Source: an uncultured Acidimicrobiia bacterium (GTDB taxonomy: Bacteria; Actinomycetota; Acidimicrobiia; Spongiisociales; JAENVV01). From it: 64,000 nucleotides of DNA. The stretch lies in NCBI GenBank assembly GCA_964600365.1, contig CAZRJG010000004.1, positions 7,487 to 71,486 of the forward strand. The letters are read 5' to 3'. The first letter of the stretch is position 1. Every line of letters begins with the position of its first letter. Below the pieces are notes generated by a model that did not search any database, was not told the DNA's origin, and saw nothing but the letters and a program-made list of their open reading frames with translations. This document shows, in pieces, positions 47,015-59,039 of the stretch. A program made the translations under genes and the position numbers.

Positions 47015-48625
47015 ATGCCCGAGTCGCCGTGGTGGCAGTCCGCCGTCGTGTACCAGATCTATCCGCGCAGCTTCGCCGATGCGGACGGCGACGGGATCGG
47101 CGACCTGGCTGGCATCACGGGCAAGGTGCCGTACCTCGCGGATGTCCTCGGGGTCGATGCCGTCTGGCTCTCCCCGTTCTACCCGTCCCCCCAGAGGGAT
47201 TTCGGGTACGACGTCGTCGACCACACGGGCGTCGCACCCGAGTACGGCACCCTCGAGGACTTCGAGGAGCTCATGTCCGCGTGCCGATCCCATGGGCTCC
47301 GGGTGATCGTCGACTTCGTGCCGAACCACACGTCCGATCAGCATCCGTGGTTCGTCGAGTCCCGGTCGTCCCGGGATGCCGAGCGGCGGGACTGGTACGT
47401 CTGGGCTGATCCGGGTCCCGACGGTGGTCCGCCGAGCAACTGGTTGAGCGTCTTCGGGGGGTCGGCCTGGGAGTGGGACGAGTCCACTCGCCAGTTCTAC
47501 CTGCACTCGTTCCTCACCGAGCAGCCGGACCTCAACTGGCGGAACCCGGAGGTGAGGGCCGCCCAACACGACGTGCTCCGTTTCTGGCTCGACCGCGGTG
47601 TGTCCGGGTTCCGGATCGACGTCGCCCATCGGATCGCCAAGGACCCCGAGATGCGGGACAACCCTGCAGTGGTCGCAACCGGGGACGAGGGATGGTTCAA
47701 GGAACTCGGGGCGTACGACGCGCAGCGCCACATCCACGACATGGCGCACCCCGACGTGCATGCGTTCTTCCGGGAGATCCGCAAGGTGCTCGATGCGTAC
47801 CCCGACACGTACTCCATCGGTGAGATCCACGAGGAGGATCCCGGGCGCTGGGCGTCGTACCTCGGGGCACGTGGGGACGAACTCCACCAGGTGTTCGACT
47901 TCTCGCTCCTCTACGCCCCATGGGAGGCCGATGTGCTGCGGAGGCGGCTCGACGAGCAAGAGGCGATCCTCCCGCCCGACGCGTGGCCCAACCATGTGTT
48001 GGGGAACCACGACGAGCCCCGCTTTGCCTTCCGGCGCGGGGCCGACGCTGCCCGCGTGGGGGCGATGTTGCTGCTCACCTCCCGGGGCACCCCCACCCTC
48101 TACTACGGGGACGAGCTGGGGATGACCCAGCCGATCATCGCCCCTGAGGACCAACTCGACCCCTGGGGGCGCACGGGAGAGGTCGTGGGTAGGGACGGGT
48201 GCCGGACGCCCATGCAGTGGACGCCCGACCCTCACGCGGGGTTCTCACCCGAGGGGACGGCTTCGACCTGGCTCCCCGTCCAGGCCGACCACCGCACACG
48301 CAACGTCGAGACGCAGTTGGAGGATGCGGACTCGATGCTCAACCTCCATCGGCGCCTGCTCGCTGCCCGGAAGGCCTCACCGGCGCTCTCCCTCGGTGAC
48401 TACGTGCCCCGTGCCGGGGTGCCCGAGGGGATCCTCGCGTGGGAGCGTTCCAGCGGGGAGGACCGTCGGGTGGTCGTCCTCAACCTGGCCACCCGCTACC
48501 AGTTCGTTGACCTCGACGTGGGCGGAGTGGTCGAGGTGTGCACGACCGTCCACCGGGAGGGGGAGCAGGTGGATGGCCGGTTGCTCCTCGGCGCGATGCA
48601 AGGAGTGGTCATCCGCCCGGAGTGA
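47015..48625 (+). CDS. GH13 alpha-glucosidase / oligo-1,6-glucosidase / trehalose-6-phosphate hydrolase-like
   Basis: WWQSAVVYQIYPRSF..GDL.G, VIVDFVPNHTSDQHPWF, GFRIDV catalytic Asp region. Confidence 0.9.
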   Translation: MPESPWWQSAVVYQIYPRSFADADGDGIGDLAGITGKVPYLADVLGVDAVWLSPFYPSPQRDFGYDVVDHTGVAPEYGTLEDFEELMSACRSHGLRVIVDFVPNHTSDQHPWFVESRSSRDAERRDWYVWADPGPDGGPPSNWLSVFGGSAWEWDESTRQFYLHSFLTEQPDLNWRNPEVRAAQHDVLRFWLDRGVSGFRIDVAHRIAKDPEMRDNPAVVATGDEGWFKELGAYDAQRHIHDMAHPDVHAFFREIRKVLDAYPDTYSIGEIHEEDPGRWASYLGARGDELHQVFDFSLLYAPWEADVLRRRLDEQEAILPPDAWPNHVLGNHDEPRFAFRRGADAARVGAMLLLTSRGTPTLYYGDELGMTQPIIAPEDQLDPWGRTGEVVGRDGCRTPMQWTPDPHAGFSPEGTASTWLPVQADHRTRNVETQLEDADSMLNLHRRLLAARKASPALSLGDYVPRAGVPEGILAWERSSGEDRRVVVLNLATRYQFVDLDVGGVVEVCTTVHREGEQVDGRLLLGAMQGVVIRPE

Positions 48626-48693
48626 TGGCGCAGTGCGCCTGATCGGTGGTGGGGACCTGCCGTCACCCCCCGCGCGCCGTAGGCTCTCCCCCC

Positions 48694-49614
48694 ATGGCCC
48701 GTATCGTCGTCACCGAGTTCATGGACGAAGCCCCGTTGGGCCTCGCCTCCGAGCACGATGTGGTGTTCGACCCCTCGCTCCACGCCAACCGCGGTCGCCT
48801 CCTCGATGCCGTCGGCGACGCGGACGCGGTCATCGTCCGCAACAAGACCCAGGTGGACGGCGAGTTGCTCGACGCCTCGCCTCGACTGCGGGTGGTCGGA
48901 AGGCTGGGGGTGGGGCTCGACAACATCGACCTCGACGCCTGCGCTGCTCGGGGTGTCGTCGTGCGCCCAGCGACCGGAGCGAACTCCATCGCCGTGGCCG
49001 AGTACGTGCTGGGGGCGATGCTCATGCTCCGGAGGGGTGTGTTCGGAGCGACTGGCCGGATGGCAGCGGGGGAGTGGCCCCGGACCGAGCTGCTCGGTTG
49101 CGAGTTGCACGGCGCCGTGCTCGGCCTGGTTGGCTACGGCGGGATCGCCCGCGAGGTCGCAACCCGGGCAGCGGCATTCGGTATGCGGGTCGTCGCGTAC
49201 GACCCCTTTCTCGACCCGGGCGCAGACTGGAGCCCTGCTGCCCAGGCCTCGCTCGAAGCGGTGCTGGGGGGCGCGGACGTCGTGAGCCTCCACGTGCCGC
49301 TCACCGAGGAGACACGTGGGCTCATTGACATGGCTGCCATCGCCTCGATGCGTGACTCGGCGATCGTCATCAACACCTCCCGAGGAGGCATCGTGGACGA
49401 GTCGGCTGTCGTCGCCGCGCTCCGCGCCGGTGGACTCGGCGGTGCAGCCCTCGACGTGTTCGACGAAGAACCCCCGTCGCCGGACCGTGTGGCAATGTTC
49501 GTCGGCGTTCCCAACCTCGTTCTCTCCCCGCACGTCGCGGGGATCACTCGCGAGGCGAACGTGCGGGTCTCGCGGGTGACGGTGGAGGCCGTCCTGGAGG
49601 AACTCGGTCGATGA
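48694..49614 (+). CDS. D-isomer-specific 2-hydroxyacid dehydrogenase (phosphoglycerate/glycerate DH-like)
   Basis: GLVGYGGIAREVA Rossmann motif and catalytic RGG/H region. Confidence 0.85.
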   Translation: MARIVVTEFMDEAPLGLASEHDVVFDPSLHANRGRLLDAVGDADAVIVRNKTQVDGELLDASPRLRVVGRLGVGLDNIDLDACAARGVVVRPATGANSIAVAEYVLGAMLMLRRGVFGATGRMAAGEWPRTELLGCELHGAVLGLVGYGGIAREVATRAAAFGMRVVAYDPFLDPGADWSPAAQASLEAVLGGADVVSLHVPLTEETRGLIDMAAIASMRDSAIVINTSRGGIVDESAVVAALRAGGLGGAALDVFDEEPPSPDRVAMFVGVPNLVLSPHVAGITREANVRVSRVTVEAVLEELGR

Positions 49615-50495
49615 GCGTGGTGCTCTCCGCCGGACTCGCGGTCCACGATCTGGTCTTCAAGGTCGAGTCCATCCCGTCGGGCGAGGGGAAGGCCTTCGCG
49701 TCCTCGGTGGAGGAGACTGCCGGGGGGCCTGCTGCCGTGGCAGCCATCGCAGCCGCTCGGCTCGGGAGTGACGTGCGCCTCGTCGCCATGGTGGGGACGG
49801 ATCCTCGTGGAGACGCCTTGCTTGCCGATCTCGAGGCTGAGGGCGTGGACGTCGGATCGGTGATTCGCTCGGGCTCGGCCGGCACCCCGGTCTCAGCGAT
49901 CCTCGTGGATGCCGCGGGAGGGCGTCGCATCGTCAACCACACCGACCCGGGACTCCACGACGGCCCCTACGAGGTCCCCGACCTCGACGGAGTCGACGCG
50001 GTCCTCGTCGACTCCCGCTGGCCGACCATGGGGCTTGCCCTGCTCGACGCATCCCGGATCGCGGGGATACCGGGCGTCCTCGACCTCGATGTCTCGCCCG
50101 ATCCCGAGGCGCTCCGTCCCCTCGCCCGTGCGGCGAGCCATGTCATCGCGAGTGCTGCGGCGCTCGCGGCACACACGGGGGAGGGCGATCCGGAGGCGGG
50201 ACTGCTCACCTTCGACGGACCCGGGGAGGTGGCCGTCACCGATGGGCCCGAACCGGTGCGCCTCCGCCGAGGCGGGGCACTCGTTGAGATCCCTCCCGTC
50301 CCCACGACCGTGGTGAACACCCTGGGCGCAGGTGATGTCTTCCACGGCGCTGCTGCCCACGCCCTCGCCAGGGGTGACTCGATGGAGGATGCCCTCGCGT
50401 TCGCAACGAGCGCTGCCGCGTACGCGTGCGCACACGGTGGGGGACGGGTGGGCGCCCCCACGGCCGACGCATTGACCCGATGGAGGAACGACTGA
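49611..50495 (+). CDS. PfkB-family carbohydrate kinase
   Basis: NTLGAGDVFHGA anion-hole motif; ATGA overlap upstream, TGATG overlap downstream. Confidence 0.85.
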   Translation: MSVVLSAGLAVHDLVFKVESIPSGEGKAFASSVEETAGGPAAVAAIAAARLGSDVRLVAMVGTDPRGDALLADLEAEGVDVGSVIRSGSAGTPVSAILVDAAGGRRIVNHTDPGLHDGPYEVPDLDGVDAVLVDSRWPTMGLALLDASRIAGIPGVLDLDVSPDPEALRPLARAASHVIASAAALAAHTGEGDPEAGLLTFDGPGEVAVTDGPEPVRLRRGGALVEIPPVPTTVVNTLGAGDVFHGAAAHALARGDSMEDALAFATSAAAYACAHGGGRVGAPTADALTRWRND

Positions 50496-51529
50496 TGGAG
50501 ATGAGTGGAGGCAAGCTCTGGGGCATGCGGCGACTCGCCGATCCCGCCGGCAGGTTCAAGATGCTGGCCGCCGACCAGCGGCCGCCGATAAAGGCCCTCG
50601 TTGCGGAGCGCCGTGGCGTCGGTGAGGCGCCGTGGGAGGACGTGGCCGGGGTGAAGGCGGCCATCGTCGAGGAACTCGGCGGTGGGGCGTCGGCCATCCT
50701 GGTGGATCCCCACTTCGCCTACCCGGTGACGATCGGTGGGTTCCCCGGCGCCACCGGCCTCATCCTGACGCTCGAGGACTCCGTCTTCGACGAGACCCCG
50801 GCGGGTCGCAAGAGCTTCGAGATCGACGACTGGTCGGTGGCGAAGATCCGTCGCGTCGGTGGCGACGCGGTGAAGGTCCTCGCCTGGTACCGACCCGACG
50901 CCGCCCCGGAGGTCAATGCGCACCAGAGGGCATTCGTCGCAGCGGTCGGCGATGCCTGCCGCCGGTGGGACGTTCCCTTCGTCTTCGAGCTCCTCGTCTA
51001 CCCGTTCCCCGGCGAGTCGGGGCACACCACCGACTACGTCGAGCAGCCGGCGAAGCGGATCGACCATGTCCTGGAGTCCGTGGCAACATTCGCCGCCCCC
51101 GAGTTCGGGGTGGACGTCTTCAAGCTCGAGAGCCCGCTGCCCGCTGCCTCGATCCCCGAAGAGGACGACGCCGACGTGCAGGCAGCCTTCGATGAGCTGG
51201 GGCGCCTTGCAGGGCGTCCGTGGGTGATGCTGAGCGCGGGTGCGACCGCCGCCGAGTTCCGGCGTGTGCTCGAGCACGCCTTCCGGGCAGGAGCGAGTGG
51301 CTACCTCGCCGGTCGGGCGATCTGGTGGGATGCGTTCCAGTCGTTCCCCGACATGGCGGCCATGCGCTCCGGACTTGCGCACGAGGGAGTCGCCTACATG
51401 TCCGACCTCAATGCCCTCACAGATGCGGCAGCGACCCCGTGGCAGGACCATCCGGTCTTCGGCCCCGACGGGCCGCAGCTCGCCGACGCCGGGCCCGGGT
51501 TCCGCCACGCCTACGGGGCGCCGTCGTGA
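50495..51529 (+). CDS. Class I aldolase of the LacD/YihT family (tagatose-bisphosphate or sulfofructose-phosphate aldolase-like)
   Basis: KMLAADQRPPI resembles the LacD ALDQRGAL Schiff-base region; about 345 aa. Confidence 0.65.
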   Translation: MEMSGGKLWGMRRLADPAGRFKMLAADQRPPIKALVAERRGVGEAPWEDVAGVKAAIVEELGGGASAILVDPHFAYPVTIGGFPGATGLILTLEDSVFDETPAGRKSFEIDDWSVAKIRRVGGDAVKVLAWYRPDAAPEVNAHQRAFVAAVGDACRRWDVPFVFELLVYPFPGESGHTTDYVEQPAKRIDHVLESVATFAAPEFGVDVFKLESPLPAASIPEEDDADVQAAFDELGRLAGRPWVMLSAGATAAEFRRVLEHAFRAGASGYLAGRAIWWDAFQSFPDMAAMRSGLAHEGVAYMSDLNALTDAAATPWQDHPVFGPDGPQLADAGPGFRHAYGAPS

Positions 51530-52854
51530 GGATTGGCGTCGCTGCAATCGGACGTCCCACGTTCGACGTCCCCTTCGCCGAGGGGATGGTGGGTGCGGCC
51601 CTCGACGCGCTCGGGTCCCTTCCGCACGAGGTGATCGTGCACGATGGCCTCGCCCTCTCGCCCGAAGCCTCCGCCGTCGCAGCCGGAGCGCTGGCGGCAG
51701 AGGCACCCGACGCAGTGCTGGTGCTCCTCGCGACCTTCACCGACTCGACCCTCGTCGAACCGTTCCGCGCAGCCACGGATGGGCCGCTCGTGCTCTGGTC
51801 GTTCCCCGAGGAGAGGACCGGGGGTCGGCTCCGCCTCAACTCGCTCTGTGGCCTCAACCTTGGCGCCTACGCCCTCGATGGGGACGTCCGCGGCATGTAT
51901 CGGGCTCCGTCTCCCGACGCGGTGGGCGGCCTGGCCGCCCTGCTCGCACGCCCTGCGGACAGCCGGGCCCCAACGGGTGCGCCCGTGGCCCACACCGGTG
52001 CCAGCCCACTCGCCGGTCAGACGGTCGGCGTGATCGGCGATCCGCCAACCGGCTTCGGGCCCTGCCGGTACGACGACGAGGAGGTCGCTGCGCTGCTTGG
52101 GATGCGCGTGGATCGGGTCGAGCTCGAGGACCTGTTCGATGACGCCCGTGGCCGGGATGGGGCCCCTGTCGGGGCACCGCCCGAGGGCATCGATGTGCTC
52201 GATGATGGTGGCGTGGCCCGCAGCTACGCCCTCCACCGGTCGCTGCGCGCGCTCGTCGAGGCAAGGGGCTGGTCCGGCCTGGCGACCCGGTGCTGGCCCG
52301 AGTGCTTCACCGAGTACGGCTCCGCCGCGTGCGCGGCCCAGGGCCTCCTCGCCGACGATGGCATCCCGGCGTGTTGCGAGGCCGATGTGTACGGATCCAT
52401 CACGGCACTCCTCCTCCAGGAGGTCCTCCCCGCTCCGGCGTTCGTGGCCGACCTCGTCCACCTGGACGAGCAGGACGACACCGCGGTCATGTGGCATTGT
52501 GGGGTGGCGGCCCCGTCGCTCGCCGCCGGGCCGGTCGGAGCGACGGTCCATTCCAATCGCCTCCAGCCGCTCCTCCACGAGTTCACCCTCAAGCCCGGCG
52601 TCGTGACGCTCGCCCGACTGAGCCGGAGCCCGAGTGGTCATCGCCTCGTCGTGGGCGAGGGTGAGATGCTGGACCGCCCCCTCCCCTTCGGCGGCACGGC
52701 GGGGGTCATGCAGATGAAGCGGCCTGTCGGCGACGTCGTCGACCTCATGGTGAGCGAACGGCTCGACCACCACTATGGCCTCGCATATGGCGCGGCCGCC
52801 GGAGCGCTCGAGGCGGTTGCCGATGCCGTGGGGCTCCCCGTGGTCCGTCTCTGA
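51526..52854 (+). CDS. L-fucose / L-arabinose isomerase family protein (short FucI-like aldose-ketose isomerase)
   Basis: GTG start overlapping the aldolase stop; TRCWPECF...[11 protein letters not shown]...MWHCGVAAP motifs typical of FucI C-terminal domain proteins. Confidence 0.65.
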   Translation: MRIGVAAIGRPTFDVPFAEGMVGAALDALGSLPHEVIVHDGLALSPEASAVAAGALAAEAPDAVLVLLATFTDSTLVEPFRAATDGPLVLWSFPEERTGGRLRLNSLCGLNLGAYALDGDVRGMYRAPSPDAVGGLAALLARPADSRAPTGAPVAHTGASPLAGQTVGVIGDPPTGFGPCRYDDEEVAALLGMRVDRVELEDLFDDARGRDGAPVGAPPEGIDVLDDGGVARSYALHRSLRALVEARGWSGLATRCWPECFTEYGSAACAAQGLLADDGIPACCEADVYGSITALLLQEVLPAPAFVADLVHLDEQDDTAVMWHCGVAAPSLAAGPVGATVHSNRLQPLLHEFTLKPGVVTLARLSRSPSGHRLVVGEGEMLDRPLPFGGTAGVMQMKRPVGDVVDLMVSERLDHHYGLAYGAAAGALEAVADAVGLPVVRL

Positions 52855-52864
52855 CGCTGCGAAG

Positions 52865-53848
52865 ATGTCCTCGATGCGAGCGATCCTTGTCACCGACGAG
52901 CCCGCGTACGGCGCGGCGCTCGCCGACGTTGCCGAAGCCGACCTCCCCGCGGGCGAGGTGGTGGTCGACGTCGCCCACTCGACCCTCAACTACAAGGACA
53001 GCCTTGCGGTCACGGGTGCGTCACCGGTGGTCCGACGCTTCCCGATGGTTCCCGGGATCGACTGGGTCGGGACGGTGCGCGTGAGCCACTCCGACGAGGT
53101 CCCCGTGGGCAGCCAGGTGGTGCTGAACGGATGGGGGGTCGGAGAGACCCACTGGGGTGGGTATGCCGAGCGCGCCTCTGCGCAGGCTGACTGGCTGGTG
53201 CCGCTGCCCGACGCGATCAGCCCTGCGCGGGCCATGGCGATCGGCACGGCGGGCTACACCGCCATGCTCTGCGTGATGGCACTCGAGGAGCACGGCGTCC
53301 GCCCGGACGCCGGCCCGGTCCTCGTCACCGGTGCCGCCGGGGGGGTCGGGAGCGTTGCGGTCTCCCTCCTCGCCGGATTGGGGTTCGAGGTCACTGCGTC
53401 CACGGGCAGACCCGCCGAGTCGGGGTACCTCCGGGACCTCGGGGCATCGGAGGTCATCGATCGGGCCGAGTTGTCCGAGCCCGGTCGGCCCTTCGGGAGG
53501 GAACGGTGGGTGGGGGCCGTCGACGCAGTGGGCAGCACCACCCTTGCGAACGTGCTGGCCACGACCTCCTACGGCGGGACGGTTGCTGCGTGTGGGCTGG
53601 CCCAGGGTCCCGATCTCCCCGCCACCGTGCTGCCGTTCATCCTGCGAGGGGTGACCCTCGCAGGCGTCGACTCGGTGCGCTGCCCCCGCCCCAAGCGGCT
53701 GGAGGCGTGGCGTCGGCTTGCCGCGGACCTCGACCTCGACGCACTCGATGCCATGTCCTCCCGCGTCGGACTCGCAGACGTACTCGACCTCGCTCCACGG
53801 CAACTCGCCGGTGAGGTGCGCGGCCGTACCGTGATCGACCTCCACTGA
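52865..53848 (+). CDS. MDR-family quinone oxidoreductase, YhdH/AcuI (acrylyl-CoA reductase)-like
   Basis: [10 protein letters not shown]...; [16 protein letters not shown]. Confidence 0.8.
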   Translation: MSSMRAILVTDEPAYGAALADVAEADLPAGEVVVDVAHSTLNYKDSLAVTGASPVVRRFPMVPGIDWVGTVRVSHSDEVPVGSQVVLNGWGVGETHWGGYAERASAQADWLVPLPDAISPARAMAIGTAGYTAMLCVMALEEHGVRPDAGPVLVTGAAGGVGSVAVSLLAGLGFEVTASTGRPAESGYLRDLGASEVIDRAELSEPGRPFGRERWVGAVDAVGSTTLANVLATTSYGGTVAACGLAQGPDLPATVLPFILRGVTLAGVDSVRCPRPKRLEAWRRLAADLDLDALDAMSSRVGLADVLDLAPRQLAGEVRGRTVIDLH

Positions 53849-53850
53849 TC

Positions 53851-56295
53851 GTGGATCGCATCACCTCCGACTCCGCCCGCAGATCGGGCACGCTGGGGAC
53901 CTTCGCGGGTGTCTTCACCCCGTCTGTGCTCACGATCCTTGGCATCATCCTCTTCCTCCGGACCGGGTACGTGGTCGGGAGTGCAGGCCTCCTCGGGGCC
54001 CTCGCCATCATCGGGATCGCCACTGCGGTGTCGGTCCTCACGAGCCTCTCGCTGTCGGCCATCGCCACGAACTTCGAGGTGCGGGGCGGCGGTGACTACT
54101 ACCTCATCTCCCGCACCCTTGGCCTGGAGTTCGGGGGAGCCCTCGGGGTGGTCCTCTTCCTCGCCCAGACCGTGTCGATCGGGTTCTATGCCATCGGCTT
54201 CGCGGAGGCACTCACGACGACCCTCGACTGGGAGTCGGCGGTCCTCCAGCAGGTGATCGCCGGGGTCGCCGTCGTCGGGCTGTTCGGCCTCGCGTGGTTG
54301 GGGGCCGACTGGGCATCCCGATTCCAGTTCGGGGTCATGGCGATCCTCGTCCTCGCCCTCGGGTCGTTCTATCTCGGTGCCTTCGATCGCTTCGACCCCG
54401 ACACGCTCTCATCGGGCCTGGGGCCATTGTCCGGCGGCGACGGGTTCTGGGTGGTCTTTGCGATCTTCTTCCCAGCGATCACCGGGTTCACCCAGGGGGT
54501 GAGCATGAGCGGGGACCTCCGCAACCCGGGGAGGAGCCTCCCGCGAGGCACGTTCGCCGCCGTCGGCCTCTCCACGATCGTTTACCTCTCGGTGGCCATC
54601 CTCTTCGCCGGAGCGGCGCCCCAGGCCGAACTCGCGACGGGCGACGGGGTCATGCGGGGGATCTCGGCATCCTCCTTCCTCATCGATGCCGGCGTGATCG
54701 CGGCCACCCTTTCGTCGGCGATGGCATCGTTCCTGGGTGCGCCCCGCATCCTCCAGTCCCTCGCGTCCGATCGGATCTTCCCACTGCTCAATCCCTTCGC
54801 CCACGGCCACGGGGAGACGAGCAATCCGCGCCGTGGCGTGCTGGTGAGCCTGGCGATCGCCCTCGGCGTGGTCGCCCTCGGCAACCTCAACCTCGTCGCC
54901 CCGATCGTGTCGATGTTCTTCCTCATCTCCTATGGGCTGCTCAACTACGCCACGTACTTCGAGGCCCGTTCGAAGAGTCCGTCCTTCCGTCCCCGCTTCC
55001 GCTTCTACAACCCGAAGGTGTCGCTCATCGGGTCACTTCTCTGCGCCGTGGTGATCATCGCGATCAACCCCACGGCGGGCGGGCTCGCTGCGCTGTTGCT
55101 GTTCGGGATCTACCAGTACCTGCGATCCCGCCCCCGTCCGGAGCGGTGGGTTGCCTCGACCCGGGCCCACCACTTCCAGCGGGCGCGGGAGTCGCTGTCT
55201 GCGATGGGACCGGACCAGGACACCGGCCGGAACTGGCGTCCGCAGGTGCTCGTCTTCTCCGCCGACCCCGCCCGACGGGCGCGGCTGCTCCGCTTCGCTT
55301 CGTGGATCGAAGGGGGGAGCGGGTTCACGTGCGCTGTCGAGATCGCACTCGGCCGGGGAGCCGAGGCGCGACGTCGGCAGGAGCGCCTGCGCAACGACCT
55401 CCGCAGGCAGATCAAGTCGCTCGACCTCGAGGCGTTCGCCCTCGTCGTGGAGGCCGAGGACGTGGCGTCGACCATCCCGACCATCGTGCAGTCGGTGGGC
55501 CTTGGCGCCATGCGGGCGAACACGGTGCTCTTCAACCGCCCGATCGAGGGCTCCCTTGACGCGAACAGCCTTCGGTCCGTGTCACGACTCGGGGTGAACG
55601 TCGCCATGCTCAGCGCCGAGGACCCGGGGTGGGATGGTCCTGCCACCGACCGGACGATCGACGTGTGGTGGTTCGACGATGACTCGAGTCGCCTCGCGCT
55701 CCTCCTCGCCTACCTCACCACCCGCACCGAGACGTGGTCGTCAGCCCGTATCCGGGTGTGTGCCTCGAATGCCGATGAGGCCTCGCTCGAGGAGTTGCGG
55801 GCCTACGTGGAGGACATCCGCATCGATGCCGTCTGCGAGGCGATGCCGGGCGGGACGGTCGGGAACGTTGTCGGGGCCTCGCGGGCCGCGGATCTCGTCT
55901 TCATGCCGATGCGGCTCTCGAAGGAGGAGATCCTCGACGGGCATGGCCAGCCCCTCGGTGACCTCTTCGACCGGCTGCCGCAGGCGGCCGGCATCCTCGC
56001 CGGACAACGCGTAGACCTCGAGGCGGGCCCCGAGTCGGGCGAGGCGTCGGAGATCGCGGCGCTCCAGGAGGCACTCGTCGACGCCGAGGATCGGGCCCGC
56101 ACCCTCAACCGCGTGCACGAGAAGCTGCTCGTCCGACACACCGACCTCCGTGCCCGTGCCCCCCGGGACGTGTCGGCGCGTGAGGAGCTCATCGAGGTCG
56201 AGGAGGAACTCGCCACGGTGCGACGGCGGATCCTCTCCGCCGAGGCCCGCGCCGAGACGGCGCGTCGGGCCCTCGAGGAGAAGGCGATTGGATGA
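53851..56295 (+). CDS. APC-superfamily permease with a large C-terminal cytoplasmic domain: prokaryotic cation-chloride cotransporter (SLC12)-like
   Basis: 814 aa; 12-TM AA-permease core (GTFAGVFTPSVLTILGIILFLR) plus about 360 aa C-terminal domain ending in a coiled-coil. Confidence 0.7.
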   Translation: MDRITSDSARRSGTLGTFAGVFTPSVLTILGIILFLRTGYVVGSAGLLGALAIIGIATAVSVLTSLSLSAIATNFEVRGGGDYYLISRTLGLEFGGALGVVLFLAQTVSIGFYAIGFAEALTTTLDWESAVLQQVIAGVAVVGLFGLAWLGADWASRFQFGVMAILVLALGSFYLGAFDRFDPDTLSSGLGPLSGGDGFWVVFAIFFPAITGFTQGVSMSGDLRNPGRSLPRGTFAAVGLSTIVYLSVAILFAGAAPQAELATGDGVMRGISASSFLIDAGVIAATLSSAMASFLGAPRILQSLASDRIFPLLNPFAHGHGETSNPRRGVLVSLAIALGVVALGNLNLVAPIVSMFFLISYGLLNYATYFEARSKSPSFRPRFRFYNPKVSLIGSLLCAVVIIAINPTAGGLAALLLFGIYQYLRSRPRPERWVASTRAHHFQRARESLSAMGPDQDTGRNWRPQVLVFSADPARRARLLRFASWIEGGSGFTCAVEIALGRGAEARRRQERLRNDLRRQIKSLDLEAFALVVEAEDVASTIPTIVQSVGLGAMRANTVLFNRPIEGSLDANSLRSVSRLGVNVAMLSAEDPGWDGPATDRTIDVWWFDDDSSRLALLLAYLTTRTETWSSARIRVCASNADEASLEELRAYVEDIRIDAVCEAMPGGTVGNVVGASRAADLVFMPMRLSKEEILDGHGQPLGDLFDRLPQAAGILAGQRVDLEAGPESGEASEIAALQEALVDAEDRARTLNRVHEKLLVRHTDLRARAPRDVSAREELIEVEEELATVRRRILSAEARAETARRALEEKAIG

Positions 56296-56605
56296 TCGGT
56301 ACGCTCCGCGCATGAGCTTCACCGATTGGCTGCGGGCACGGATCGAACAGGTCAAGAAGTAGGTTGGCCCGTGAGGTGGTGACCAGTCCGCGCGACCAGC
56401 CCGAGGCGGTCGAGCGCTTGCGGTCCGCCTCGAACTGCTCGTCGACGACCGTGCAGCAGTGGATCTTCCCTCGGACGCCGACGATGTGGCGGTGGCGTCC
56501 GAGGACCCGGAGGGGGGCCACGGCCCTCAACCCCCAAGAGGGTGACACAGAGGTGGAGATCAGAGGGTTCGCCGAGCCCGTGCCGATCTGCGGGGCGGTA
56601 CGGGT

Positions 56606-58513
<1,908 letters not shown>

Positions 58514-58515
58514 GC

Positions 58516-58998
58516 TCAGATCCCGTACCAGTCGCCGCCGGCGATGGCCGCTTCGAGGACGCCCCGGTCCTCGTCGTCGTCCATGTGCGCTGCGATGCCC
58601 TCCGCGAGGTCCCGATGGGCGCGGGCGGCATCGGGGTCGCCGAGCGCGGCGTGCGCCCGTGCGATCGCCTCGTGGGCGAAGCCGAGGTCCCACTCCTGGG
58701 CCTCGCCGGGATGGGCCTGCGCGATCGCGAGGCAACGATGGGCATGGCGGAGGCCGAGGTCGGGAAGGCCCACGCGGGTGGCCACCGTGGCGATGAGGTG
58801 CTCGCCCCTCGCGTGGTTGATTGCGGTGCCCGCGTGCATCCAGTGGTACGTGGAGGCGAATGCCCCGTAGAGGAGCCGTTCGCGGTGTTCGGTCGGGGAG
58901 TCGGGGCCGATGGAACCCTCTTCGAGCGCTGCCCAGGTCTGGTTGTGCAGCTCGACGGCGTACCAGCGGTGGTCGTGGAGGGGGAGTTCGTCCGCCAT
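58516..58998 (-). CDS. Hypothetical alpha-helical protein
   Basis: Start MADELPLHDHRWYAVELHNQ; 2 nt upstream of the GH3 start; normal composition, while the upstream part of the track ORF is Arg-junk. Confidence 0.5.
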   Translation of the reverse strand: MADELPLHDHRWYAVELHNQTWAALEEGSIGPDSPTEHRERLLYGAFASTYHWMHAGTAINHARGEHLIATVATRVGLPDLGLRHAHRCLAIAQAHPGEAQEWDLGFAHEAIARAHAALGDPDAARAHRDLAEGIAAHMDDDEDRGVLEAAIAGGDWYGI

Positions 58999-59039
58999 CC
59001 GGGGGACGGTAGTCGCCCCCGAACGGCCCGTTCGGGGGC

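Noticed and set aside
56308-56358. 16-codon micro-ORF MSFTDWLRARIEQVKK directly after the SLC12-like gene
   Set aside because: Too short and with no RBS evidence. It is only the terminal stretch of the 70-aa track ORF 56150..56362, which lies in a different frame from the SLC12-like gene and overlaps its 3' end.
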